Source: Camelus dromedarius (lineage: Eukaryota). From it: a stretch of 64,000 nt of DNA. Below are positions 45,001-56,528 of the stretch, piece after piece. The stretch spans positions 372,001-436,000 of the forward strand of contig NC_087441.1 in assembly GCF_036321535.1 (NCBI RefSeq), in the 5' to 3' direction. Both the position numbers and the translations under genes were made by a program. The notes below the pieces were generated by a model, which had not been told where the DNA came from, did not search any database, and saw only the letters and a list, made by a program, of their open reading frames with translations. Each line of letters begins with the position of its first letter. Position 1 is the stretch's first letter.

Positions 45001-47425
45001 ACGTGTGTGTCCAGTCATGTTCACCCGCAGGTCCTGTAAAGCCCAGCCGTGCCTCTGAAGACGAGCTTCCCCTCCACTCAGCCCTGCCTCCTCTGTTCTC
45101 GGTGCTCCCTGCATCCCCCGTGAGAGAGCCCTTCTCCCCGGAGCCCTGTCCCGGTGGCTGGGGAGGGTGGCGGATGGGGGGGCGGGGCAGCAGGAAGTGT
45201 CACTGAAGGAAGGGCCAGCTCAGAACAACCTGGTCAAGTCCTGGCCAGTCGGGCAGCCGAGCCTTCCCACCCAGACCCAGCGCAGAGGAGCTGGCCACGC
45301 CCGGCTAGACTGCCTGGCCCACGGTCCCCGTCAGAGCGGGACAGCAAGCCCTTACCCTCCATTGGAGATGGGGTGGGGCTGGCCGGCGTTGTGCTGGGGC
45401 ACACTCAACAGGCACCTGAGAGCACCAGGACAAGGACGGAAAAGCAGGGCCCAGGAGGCTGCAAAGAGGGAGGGGGCGGGAGCCCCAGGCCAAGGGCCAC
45501 GGGAGCCCCCTGAGCCTCCAGGTACAGCACAGGGTGTGGGGCCCAGGCCGCGGGCAGCCGTCAGTCACAGACCACAGCCACCCAGGTAGCAGGCAGATGG
45601 CATTCAACAGCAAAACCCCATGAATGAGAGAGACTCCTTGCCCCCCGGGAGGGCCTGTCCCTGAGGGAGGCCAAGAGGCTTCCATCCAGAAGCCACCTCA
45701 CTTAGAGGCAGGCACAGTGGAGCGCCAGAGAAAGACAGGTTCAAGATGCAGTTCTCCCAAGTCCCAGGACCATTCTCATAACTGGACACAGGACAGCGCG
45801 TCAGAGCAGCGCAGTGAAGTGAGCGTGTGTGGCCGCAGGACTGAGGGCGGCAGTGGGGTCCGTGGACCTGGCCCCCTGTGCTCCATGCAGCGAAGGAGGG
45901 GACGGAGCCTCTCCGTGTCTCCGAGCCCCCGGGGCCCAAAGGGCAGCACCTGCCAAGGCCACTAGACAGTGGGGTCCCCGCCGGGCTGTGCGGGGCCTGG
46001 GCCCCACATGGGTGCTGGACAGTCAGGCAGCAGATCTGCAGTGTTTGCAGACGAGCCGTCCCCCTCAGCCTGACAGAAACCTTCAAAGACACCAGCTGAG
46101 CCAGGGGGAGGGCCCAGGTCTCAGTGAGACCCCTGTTCCCACCAGCACGTGATTAATCACCCTGCCCACCAAGCAGCGCTGGCCACCGTCCACATGCAAA
46201 GCTGGCCTTATTCTAATTTACGCCGCACTGTGTCCTGATTTATGAGAAACTACAGCGGCTCCTGGGGGGCCTGGGGGGTATGTAAACAAAGATTTACCCA
46301 CCAGCTCTGCTCACGTCCTCCATGGAGAAAACGGGGGACAGGGAGTGCCCACCCGGCCCTCCACCCCGGCCTCAGCAAGCTCCCTCGCAGACGCTCCCCG
46401 AGACCGTGAGGCTGGCGAGCCAGTGGAGCCTGTGTGCGGGTTGTTCTCCTTTGCTCCTGGGGCCCTGCCCTCCCCGCCAGTTCCCCTCCCCCCACACCTG
46501 CATTCAGGATGCGCCAGACAGGTGGTGCAGAAGGAGGCAGACAAGGGGCCAGATGGGGGGCAACCCGAGGGGGCCGGCATGCTGTCCACGGGCGGGTGGC
46601 CTGTGGGGACCACACCAGGCTCTGGCCAGCTCAGATGAGGCGACTCGTCAGGGAGTCAGTTCACAGGAGTGAGGCCGGCTACCGCCTCTCCTTTCAACTG
46701 ACGGTTGGCAGGGATGTGGTTTATGGAGAGAATTTCCCAAAGGCTGGAAAAAAGAAGCAAAAGGATTAGGGCTGCTGTCAAGAGCCTGGCGTGGAGACCA
46801 GGGACACAGGAGCGGATCTGAAACGAGCACAGTCTGCGGTCTGCCGCCCGTCCCAGCCTGGAGGGAAAGGGAGAGGCTCGGTCCCTGCAGGGTCTGCCTC
46901 ACGGTCACTTCACCCGCACAGTGCCCGAGGCCCCAGACCCGAACCTCTGATTTGCTGAGCCAGCCTCTCATCCCTGCTAACTCCACGGCCCCAGCATTCA
47001 CGGGCTCAAGGCACAAGTGCCGGAAAATGAACCCATTTAAATGATACAGTAAGACCAGTGAGAGGGCAGCTTGACCAGCGTGAGGTGCACACGCACCTGG
47101 GAAACCATCAGTCAGCACAGAAGGGTTTCCAACATCCCAAGGGGCTCTTTCTGCCCCTCAAGGCCCAAATGGGTGGAAAATCTGCTTCCAGGCGGGCCCG
47201 GTGTCTGGGAAGGACGGGCTTGGAGGACAGGAGGAGGGCGTCTCAGCGTCCCGCCCGCACAGCTGCTGGCGGTCTTGCCTCGATGAGACCCTGACGGTGC
47301 TGCTGTGTCCCGGGAGAGCAAGTCCTGGAGGGCTGGCCCACTGACAGTAGGCTGGGAGGGTGCCGGGTGCCCTGCTTGACCATCCACGGCGGGCCAGGCA
47401 GCTCTCGAAGGGAGTCCGGGTGCCG

Positions 47426-47472
47426 CCGGGAAGGTGCTGATGGAGGCCGGGAAGGTGGTGATGGAGGCTGGG
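47426..47472. repeat. 21-bp tandem duplication
   Basis: ccgggaaggtgctgatggagg / ccgggaaggtggtgatggagg / ctggg. Confidence 0.9.
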
Positions 47473-47895
47473 CCCGCCGTCGTCTGTCAGACGGAGCAGA
47501 TGGACCTTGAGGGCTCTCCACCTTGACCTTCCGTGGGGAGAACACCTCGGGTTCAGGATCTAAAATGGACAATGAGATTTTTTATTCAAGCTTATTTTTA
47601 AAAATGAATTTCAGAAAGTGAGTGGTGAGGTCCTCCTGCCTCCTGACGGGTCTCAGCACCCCCATCCCTCCCTCCGTGGTCATGGTCATGGTCACGGCAG
47701 CCCCTGCTCTCCTCCCTCGGACACCAGGCCCCGCAGAAGAACGACAGCGGGGGAGGGGCGTGAAGGGTCTTCAGAACCACGGGAAACACCTTTTAACTGA
47801 CATTTCAGAATTACTGAGCCTCCTAGACAAAGCTGTTCCTTTCTTCATTTTTTTTTTAATTTAGCATGCGTTAACTGCAACTGCTTTTCTCGTGA

Positions 47896-47909
47896 TGGTT
47901 AATGATTTC
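47896..47909 (+). promoter_or_regulatory. HNF1-type motif
   Basis: TGGTTAATGATTTC compared with consensus GGTTAATNATTAAC. Motif only. Confidence 0.3.
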
Positions 47910-50002
47910 TCCGTGTTTCCTGCTTGCCCGTTGACTCTGTTTGCCATCAAATCCTAAATTAATTCTGATTATTTGGATGAGTGGTAACAGGATTTCCATT
48001 GCTCCTAATACCAAACCAACCATTTGAAATTCAAACACACACACGTTTCTCCAAGAGCTGTTGGTCCTGGGCTTTCCAGAACTTTATTTGGAGTGGGGAC
48101 TCAGTAAAATTTTGCCAAATTGATTTAAATTGAATTCCCTTTAACTGAACTCCATTAATAGTGGTTTAGGACACACTCGAGACGTATCCTGTTAAACTCT
48201 GAAACACCTCCATTTAGCAGACGTCCTCGGAGGCCACCAGGGCCCCCACAGTTTGCAGCCAGCTCGCACGGCGGACGTGGGTGAGGCTTGTGTTCCGAGT
48301 GTCTGTTTCTGGGTCTGCACTCCCTGCTTTTATTGGTGGTCCACCTGGAATCCGAGATGGATCTCCCTCCCCTGGACCAATGATCCCACCAGCCTCGGGT
48401 CTTGGGTTTTCCCTCCAGAGCAGAGAGGTCAGTCAGCAATGGATTCAGAGACTGGCTGACCCACTGGAGATGGAACCACCTTTGTTGGGTGGAGCTGGCA
48501 TGGACACCCCCGAGCCCGGAGGCTTGCTTGGACTCGGGGACACGGGGGCCTGGCCCTGGAAGGCCTAGTCCACCCGTCTTCATGGCTGCAACGGAGACCA
48601 GACTCACTCTGCCCCTTTTTGCCGCATGCCTGTCTACACAGCTCCCCACTCACCCTCCTGGTGAGACCCTTGGGGAGGGTCATGCGGCCCCGTAAACACT
48701 TCGAGTGCAGCGAGACAGGCTCTGAAGGGCAGGAGGGCGGTGAGGGGAGGCTCGTACGTCATGGGGGCTCAGGAACAGGGCAGGGAGGCGGAAAGAGTGA
48801 CCACACGGATGTGGCACTCCAAGGGCAGCAAGATGATCCCACTGTGCATGCCTCCCCCTCTAGAGGGCTTGTGTCCAGAAAGGGGCATCTGTCCCCCCAG
48901 ACCTGACCTAAAGGAGCTCAAGCTGCCTGGGTTCCTCCAACCGCAGGTGGAGAGCAGACATGGGACTAGCTGTGGTGATGTCTGCAGAGGAAGGGTGTGG
49001 TTCAGCAGCCGCTGGTTCAGAATCTGCCCAAGGGCTCCCCGAGCCCACTCCAGACACCTTCCCATTACGCTGCCCTTGGGGGCCCCACAGCATTTAGCAT
49101 GCCCTAGAAATTCCATTTAACAGAATTTCAGAGGAACCTTTGACAAAATGAAAAAAAGAAAAGGGATTTGTAATCCGATGAATCATCACCCCCCAGGCCT
49201 TCTGCTTGGGATGTCCGGGTTCTGTGTACTTGCTTCGACTTTTCTCAAAGAGGGAATGCACATTGAGGAACTCACCACCCTGGCTTCAAACCAAGAGAAG
49301 ACACACTGATCAAGTTTGAATTCCACAGCACGACCAACAGATGTGGGCCCTAGTGTCACCTCCCACCTGAAGCCCTGGACCAGGTGAGGTGGCCTCAGCC
49401 AAGCAAGGGGGGCTCAGTGGGGGATGGGACATTGGTTAGTTTCCCTTGGGTTTCAGGAGTATGTTTCCCCAAAACGGACACCTCACAAGTTCCACCCATA
49501 GAACGCTGCTCTTGGAGCTTCTCAGAGGCCCCAGGGCCACTGCAGAACAGGGTCCAGACCTCAAGACCCTCAGGACAGTGGAGGCCCTGCTCCATCCTGC
49601 ACCGACAGTGTCCTCAGCCCCTCTACCCATTTCTGACCTGGCTGGAACCCACCTGGCTTCAAGAACCAACTTCACAGAGAGTGAGGACCAAAGCAGCCCT
49701 TCCATCTTCCAGGTCCCAGGACCTTACAAGTCTTTATGCAAAATCACCCAAACCACGTTCTGTAGAAAAACCTGGCTTTCCCTGGGGAACCCCACACCAG
49801 CACAGCAAACACTCACTTACAACTCGCCAAACATCTTTTTAGCATTTTTAACCAGCACTTCCTCATCTTACTTGCACGGAGTTCTTTTCCTTTTTTGCAA
49901 AAGACACATTAACATTTGGTGGAACACTTGTATTCTTTTAAAAACATTTGTAAAAATTCCTGTCTATAAATATGTTTTAATTTAACAAGTGTTATTCGAC
50001 AG

Positions 50003-50076
50003 TTTTTTTTTAAACAACTTTCTTGAGATCTGATTTACGCGCCATATAATTCACCCATTTAAAGTGTACAATTCAG
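50003..50076 (-). mobile_element. Extreme 3' tip of an old L1M
   Basis: 'ttttttttaaacaactttcttgagatctgatttacgcgccatataattcacccatttaaagtgtacaattcag' matches the recalled reverse L1MA/MB 3' terminus. Confidence 0.75.
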
Positions 50077-51945
50077 AAATCCACAGCTAACAAAATACTC
50101 AACAGTGAAAAGTTGAAAACCTTCCCTCTAAAATCTGGAAAAAGACAGGGATGCCCACTCTCACCACTTCTATTCAACATAGTATTGGAAGTTCTAGCCA
50201 TAGCAATTAGACAAGAAAAAGAAGTAAAAGGGGTCCAAACTGGAAGAGAAGAGGTAAAATTGTCACTATATGTGGATGACACGATACTATAAATAGAAAA
50301 TTCTAAGAACTCCACACAAAAACTACTTGAGCAGATAAAAAATTCAACAAGGTGGCAGTATATTAAATTAACATACAGAAATCAGTTGCATTTCTTTACA
50401 CTAATAATTAAATATCAGAAAAGGAAAGTAAAGAAATAATCCCTTTTAAAATCACATCCAAAAAAATTAAATACTTGGGGATAAATCTGACCAAGGAGGT
50501 GAAAGACTTATATGCAGAGAACTACAAGACATTGATTAAGTAAATTAAAGATGACTTAAAAAAAAGGAAAGATATCCCATGCTCTTGGATTGGAAGAATC
50601 AATATCATTAAAATGGCCATACTGCCAAAGACAATCCACAGATTTAATGCAATCTCTATCAAATTACCCAGGACATTTTTCAAAGAACTAGAACAAATAA
50701 TCCTAAAATTTATGTGGAATCACAAAAAAATCCCAGAATTGCCAAAGCAATACTGAAGAAAAAAAATGAAGCTGGGGGAATAACTCTTCCAGACTTCAGG
50801 CAATACTACAGAGCTAAAGTAATCAAAACAGCATGGTAATGGCACAAAAACAGACATATGGACCAATGGAACAGAACAGAGAGCCCAGAAATAAATCCAC
50901 ACACCTATGGTCAACTAATCTTCAACAAAGGAGGAAAGAATATACAATGGAATAAAGACAGCCTCTTCAGCAAGTGGTGCTGGGAAAACTGGACAGTCAC
51001 ATGTAAATTAGTGAAGTTAGAACACTGCCTTACTCCCTACACAAAAATAAACTCAAAATGGCTTTAAAACTTGAACATAAGACAAGAAACTGTAAACCTC
51101 CTAAAAGAAAACATGGGCAAAACATTATCTGACATACATCTCAGCAATGTTCTCCTAGAGTAGTNNNNNNNNNNNNNNNNNNNNNNNNNNNNNNNNNNNN
51201 NNNNNNNNNNNNNNNNNNNNNNNNNNNNNNNNNNNNNNNNNNNNNNNNNNNNNNNNNNNNNNNNNNNNNNNNNNNNNNNNNNNNNNNNNNNNNNNNNNNN
51301 NNNNNNNNNNNNNNNCTTAATTGCCAGAATATATAAACAACTCATACAAATTAACAACAATATCAACAACAAAAACAATCCAAAAATGCACAGACAACAT
51401 AAACATTTCTCCAATGAACACATAAAAATGGCCAATAGACAAATGAAAAAAAAAATGTTCAACATCACTGATTATCAGAGAAATGCAAATCAAAACCACA
51501 ACGAGGTATCACCTCACACCAGTCAGAATGGCCATCATTCATAAGTCCATGAACAATAAATGCTGGAGACAGTGTGGAGAAAGGGAACCCTCCTACACTG
51601 CTGGTGAAAAGTCATTTTGGTGCAGCCACTATGGAGGACAGGATGGAGATTCCTCAAAAAACTAAAAATAAACTTACCATATGGTCCAGCAATCCCACTC
51701 CTGGGCATATATCCAGAGGGAACTCTAATTTGAAAAGACACCTGCACCCCAGTGTTCATAGCAGCATTATTTACAATAGCCAAGACATGGAAGCAACCTA
51801 GATGTCCATCGACAGATGACTGGATAAAGAAGTTGTGGTATATTTATACAATGGAATACTACTCAGCCATAAAAAAGAATGAAATAATGCCATTTACAGT
51901 AACATGGATGGACCTGGAGATTGTCATTCTAAGTGAGGTAAGCCA
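50077..51945 (+). mobile_element. Young lineage-specific (probably camelid) LINE-1, ORF2 from RT domain to C-terminus; 5'- and 3'-truncated and disrupted
   Basis: Translates as [68 protein letters not shown] (YADD-type motif at 50269-50280), with in-frame TAA at 50290-50292 and frameshifts. Further ORF2 pieces: [80 protein letters not shown]. Confidence 0.97.
51165..51315. other. Assembly gap (151 N) inside the L1
   Basis: N run. The flanks are collinear ORF2, and the missing stretch is about 50 codons in recalled L1 ORF2, which matches the gap size. Confidence 0.99.
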
Positions 51946-52570
51946 CGTATATTCTATAAATTCTGTTCTTTATAAGATGTATGATTTGCAAATAGTTTCT
52001 CTCATTCTGTGGGTTGTCTTTTCACTTTGAGAATGTCCTTTCAAACAAAGAAGTTTTTTACTTTTGTGAAGTACAATTTATCTATTTTTCTTTTGTTTTC
52101 CATTCTTTTGTGTATCTAAGATTTCATTTCTTAATGTAAGGTTATGAAAATTTACTCCTATGTTTTCTTCTAAGGGTTTTTACAGTTTTAGACCTTACTT
52201 TGGGTTGTCAATTCACTTTTTAGTTAATTTTTGTCTATGATACAAGGTACAGGTCTAGTTCCATCTTTTTGCATGTGGATGTCCAGTTGTCACAGCACCA
52301 TTTTTTGGAAAGATTGTCTTTTTCCCCTTACCTTATCTTGGTGCCCTTGTCACACAGCAGTGGACCACGGCTGTGTGGGCGGGTTTCTGGGCTCCGCTCT
52401 GCTCTGCTGGTCTCTGTGTCTGTACCTGTGCCTCGTGCTTGCACTGAGTACAAGTACCTGGAGCTGCAGCTTTGTGGTAAGTTGACATCAGGAACTGGGA
52501 GCCTTCCAACTTTGTTCTTCTTTCTCAAGATTGTTTTGTCTATCCTTGGTCTATAAATCTTTGGTAACCA
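51946..52570 (-). mobile_element. Old L1M ORF2 3' region
   Basis: 'gatttgcaaatagtttctctcattctgtgggttgtcttttcactt', 'ttgcatgtggatgtccagttgtcacagcaccattt', 'ccaactttgttcttctttctcaagattgttttg'. Confidence 0.85.
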
Positions 52571-53639
52571 GGACGCCTCTGTCTAGGTCTGCCCCATGAC
52601 AGACTCAGCAATCTGTGTCTTCCTTTTCCTTGTTGCTTTTATCCTGTTCCCGGGGTAGTTCTCGTGCATCTTGTGTTTTCTGACACAAGGCATAGCGACA
52701 GTCCCCCGTGCAGACCAAGAAGACACCTGACCAACTGGATTCGGACGATGGTGATGCGGCACCCCCAGGCCATGCGCAGAGAGAAGGTGGAAGGAAGACA
52801 TGGAGAGTCAGCGTCCCTGCAGCTCACCCAGCTGAGGGCTCCGCGGGAGGGCGCCCAAGGCGGCTCTCCACCAGCCTGGGCGCTCTGGTTGTCGAAAAGT
52901 TAAGATGTTTCCACACCAGACGGTAAGGGGGAAAACTGCTCCTGAAGACAAGTCACCAGTGGGGCCACCTGGCAGCCGCTGCGGAGGGGGCCAGGCCGGG
53001 CTGGCGTGGCCACCGTGAGGTGGCAACGCAGGGGCAGTGCTGGTGGCACGCTGGGCCGCAGCCCCCACGGCCGTTTGCCTCACAAGCTGCCGGGGAGAGT
53101 TTGATGCAGCTCCTGGGATAAAGTCAGCCTCTGATGGGGACCTTGTCAAACAAACAAGCAACATCACACTTGCCACCAGTGAATTCTGAAAATCAGAAGG
53201 ATTGAAAAATTTTGGAGTGATTGGATGAATAATTTGTGCTACAACGTATAACATTTGTTCCACAGATTCTATTGGTGGGGGGCAGACAGAGAGGCTCTGT
53301 GAGACAGAACTGCAGAGAGTTTGTTTGATCACAGTGGTTGTTAAGTGTTTCAACCATCACCTCTAAGTTCGTTAGCCGGGTCACGTGTGGAAGGAGTGAA
53401 GGGAGTGAAGGGTTCAGCTTGAACTCAGGCTTGAAGGCTGTCCCTGGGTTCATTCAGAAAGAATCGCAGTTCCCAGAAGGAGTGAGTGGTGTAAATTAAT
53501 GGTGAACCTGTGACTAAGCCATATTCCTGCGGGGTTTCCTGCTTTAAAACTCAGCTTTGTCAGGGGTAGTTTGCATGTGAGGAAGCTCAGCTGTCTTCAC
53601 TGCCACACTCAAAGAGTTTCAGAAAATGCAGCTTCGCTG

Positions 53640-55260
53640 TCGTCGTGAAATCAGCACTGCAGCCGGTCTGCGGGGCACTCTTCTCACTTCATGTCCCCTC
53701 CCGCCCCGACTGCGGGTCCCCCCCCGGCCATGGCCCCCACGACTACCCTTCTGTCACTTCTGCTCCCTCGTCCAAAATCCTCTGAAAATGGAATTGCTCC
53801 GCACAGTCGTTTGTGTCCAGCTTATGCTACTTAGAGGAATGTTTTAAGTTGTGTTAGCATTGTTGCAAGGGTTAGCAGCTCATTTCCTGCTTCCTTTGCG
53901 TTTGGCAGAGCAGTGTTCCGTCTTATGGATGCACTATGTGCGCAGGCCTCTCGGCAGTCGACGGCCAGCGGCACGACGGCCAGGCTCTGGGCAGGACGGA
54001 CAGAGCTGCTGCCAACGTCGGAGGCCAAGACCTGTTTGAGCGTAAGTGTTCATTCCCTTACAGAAATATTTGGGGATGAGATTGCTGAGTTGCGCGGTGA
54101 GTGTATGTTTAACTTTATAAAAAACACCAACCGCTTCCCAAAGCGCCTGTGCCATTTTGCATCTCTATCAACAATATGTGAAAATTACAGTGACTCCACG
54201 TCCTCAACAACGCTTGGCATTGTCAGATTTTCAGGGTTTAGTCTGCCCGTTCCTAGTGAGCATGGGGTAGTCGCCTGTGGCTTTAATTCGAATTTTCCTG
54301 ATCCTTAATGATGTTAAGCGTCTTAAATGTTTATTTCCATCGGTTTAGCCCTTTCAGTGGTGTCTGCTAAAATATTTTGCTCACTTTTTAAGAACTAGGT
54401 TGTTTATCTTATTAGTAAGTAAAAAGGTTCTTTATTCCTTGCTTTTAAAAAAATTGGGGGGAGGTAATTACGTCTGTTTGTTTACTTCTTTCTTTGTCTA
54501 CTTGCTTTAGGTGCTCTGCCCTCGAGCTGGACCCTCCCATCCAGCGAGGGTCTTTATAGATTGTGGATACAACTCTTGTTTTTATAAATGTGTGTTTTTC
54601 AAATGTTCTCTACCAACATACAACTTTTTTTAAATTGTATTTTCTTAACAGTGTGTTTCAAAGAACACAGTGGTTTTTAATTATAATGAAGCCAAATTAA
54701 TTTTTTTTTCTTTTTCATGGATCATGCTTTTGTGGCATACCAGAAATCTTTGCCTAAACCAAGGTCACAAAGATTTTCTCTTGTTCTCTCCTAGAGGGTT
54801 TTGCAGCCTTAGCTCTCACACCTCAGGTCTCAGACGTTTCGAGCTGCCTGCTGCGCACGGCGTAGAGGCCTGTGTTCAGCCTCCTGCACGTGGCTGTCCA
54901 ACCATCCAGCACCATTAGCCGAGAAGCCCGCCCGCCCGCCCCCGTTGGACGGCGTTCGTGTCATTGTCTAGAGCCAGCCGACCATAAACGTGTGGGCTAA
55001 TTCAGGACGTGCAGTTCCGCCCGGGGGGCCTCCATGCTTGCCCTCACACCAGTGCTGTCTTGATCCCGGCAGCTTTACAGAAAGGTTTGAAATCGGGCGG
55101 CGTAAGGCCGCCAGCTTTGTGCTGTCTCAGAGTTGTTTTGGCTGTTCTAGGTTATTTTCAGCTCCATGCAAATTGTAGGAGCCTGTTTTCCTGTGAAACG
55201 TGAAGATGTCTGACTTTGATTTGGTGTGTCAGAGGCGTCCCAGTTAACGGGAGTGCCAGC
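53640..55260 (-). mobile_element. Old L1M (L1MC/MD/ME-type) 3' UTR plus ORF2 region, interrupted by a SINE
   Basis: 'gagattgctgagttgcgcggtgagtgtatgtttaactttataaaaaacacc', 'catggatcatgcttttgtggcataccagaaatctttgcctaaaccaaggtcacaaagattttc'. Confidence 0.8.
54436..54545 (-). mobile_element. Internally deleted tRNA-derived SINE, Vic-1/camelid-like
   Basis: 'aattggggggaggtaattacgtctgtttgtttac...gtgctctgccctcgagctggaccctccc' resembles the recalled camelid SINE reverse strand. TSD-like flanks aaggttctttat (54424-54435) and gagggtctttat (54546-54557). Confidence 0.55.
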
Positions 55261-56245
55261 CATGGTTGGTTAAATCTACCCCCTTGCTATTTGCTTCCTA
55301 ATTGTTCCATCTGTTCTCGGTTAATTCTCCCTTCCCTGTCTTGTCTTCGAGCTTCAAAAAAATACTCATTTTTATCCACAATTTGCTTATTAGCTACATG
55401 TCTTGTTTTGCTTTTTAGGGTGGCCCCAAGGTTGACAATGTTCATTTTAATGTATCCAAGTCTCCTTTCCAGTAATAATAAAACTCTTCATCCAGGGGCA
55501 ATAAACTCATAAAAGCACGCTTCCCATTCACACTGCCTGCCCTTTCAGTCCTTGCTGTTGGACATTTTACCTCCGTAAATCCTGTAAATCCCATGATACA
55601 CTGTTAGCATTATTGCTTCACGTAATTATCTTTTAAATCTTATTTTTAACTTTATGTTTACTGTTGACACTGCAAGAGAACTACCACAACCATATTAACA
55701 CCAGTTAACTTCTTAAGAGGCTTAAACTAAGAGAAATAGCGTCCCTGCTCACCCACAGGTGTGCCACATCTGGCATTCTTCGTTTGCATAGACCCAAATG
55801 CTCACCTGAGCACACTCCTGTAACGGAACAATACCTTGAAGAGCTTTCAGTGCAGGTCTGGGAGTTCTCTCAACTAAAATAAATTTCACTTTATTTTCCA
55901 GGAAGTATTTTTTCTGGATAAAGAATCCTAGCTCACTAGTGTCTCGCTCACCCCTGCCTTATTCCTGAAGGTGCGTCTTCACTGTTTTCCGGCTTCTGCT
56001 GTCTTTATGGCAAGCATGCTGTCCTCCCTGCCCGTTTCCTGTACGTGTTGTGTCTTCTCTAGACAGAGGCTGGTAAGGCTGTCACTTCATCACTGGTTCT
56101 CAGTAACGTGATTATGACATACTTTTCTTTTCATTTAGTTTATTGTGGGTTTGTCGAGTGGCTTCATCATATTTGGAAAATTTGTACCATTCTTTCTTTC
56201 TTTTTCCTTTTTTTTTTTTGAAGCCATTATTTCTTAAATAGTTCC
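55261..56245 (-). mobile_element. Old L1M ORF1 / inter-ORF region
   Basis: 'cttcatcactggttctcagtaacgtgattatgac...tcatatttggaaaatttg...gccattatttcttaaatag' resembles the recalled reverse L1M ORF1. Confidence 0.6.
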
Positions 56246-56352
56246 TGTGTGTCTCTCTCTCTCTGTCTCTCTGTTTCTGTCTGCACCCCCATCTACCTGT
56301 AGATACACACACACAGTCCCTCCTATTGGCTTCTCTGGAGAACCTTGATACC
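56246..56352 (+). mobile_element. MLT2 (ERVL) LTR 3' fragment
   Basis: (TC)n followed by 'cctattggcttctctggagaaccttgatac', resembling the MLT2 end 'cctattggttctgtttctctggagaaccctgactaataca'. Confidence 0.55.
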
Positions 56353-56478
56353 AGCTAGGAAGAAGGACTTTGCATTATACACCATTCTGTGCTTTTTAAC
56401 TTGCTTAAAGATTAAATTAATATTGAGTTAATTTTAAATTTTATTTAAAAATTTAATTTGAAATGAGAATTAAATTAT

Positions 56479-56528
56479 GTTGTACACCAGAAACTAATAT
56501 AATATGTAAATTCTATCCCCAAAATGTA
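56479..56528 (+). mobile_element. 50-bp L1 3'-terminal micro-insertion with 11-bp direct repeats
   Basis: 'gttgtacaccagaaactaatataatatgtaaattctat' resembles the artiodactyl L1 3' terminus. Flanked by aattaaattat at 56468-56478 and 56529-56539. Confidence 0.6.

Noticed and set aside
50720-52030. ORFs with real protein homology read as a host gene
   Set aside because: They are frameshifted, stop-containing LINE-1 ORF2 fragments or their antisense.
54500-54545. tRNA gene
   Set aside because: Only a decayed SINE head with the B-box missing; no cloverleaf.
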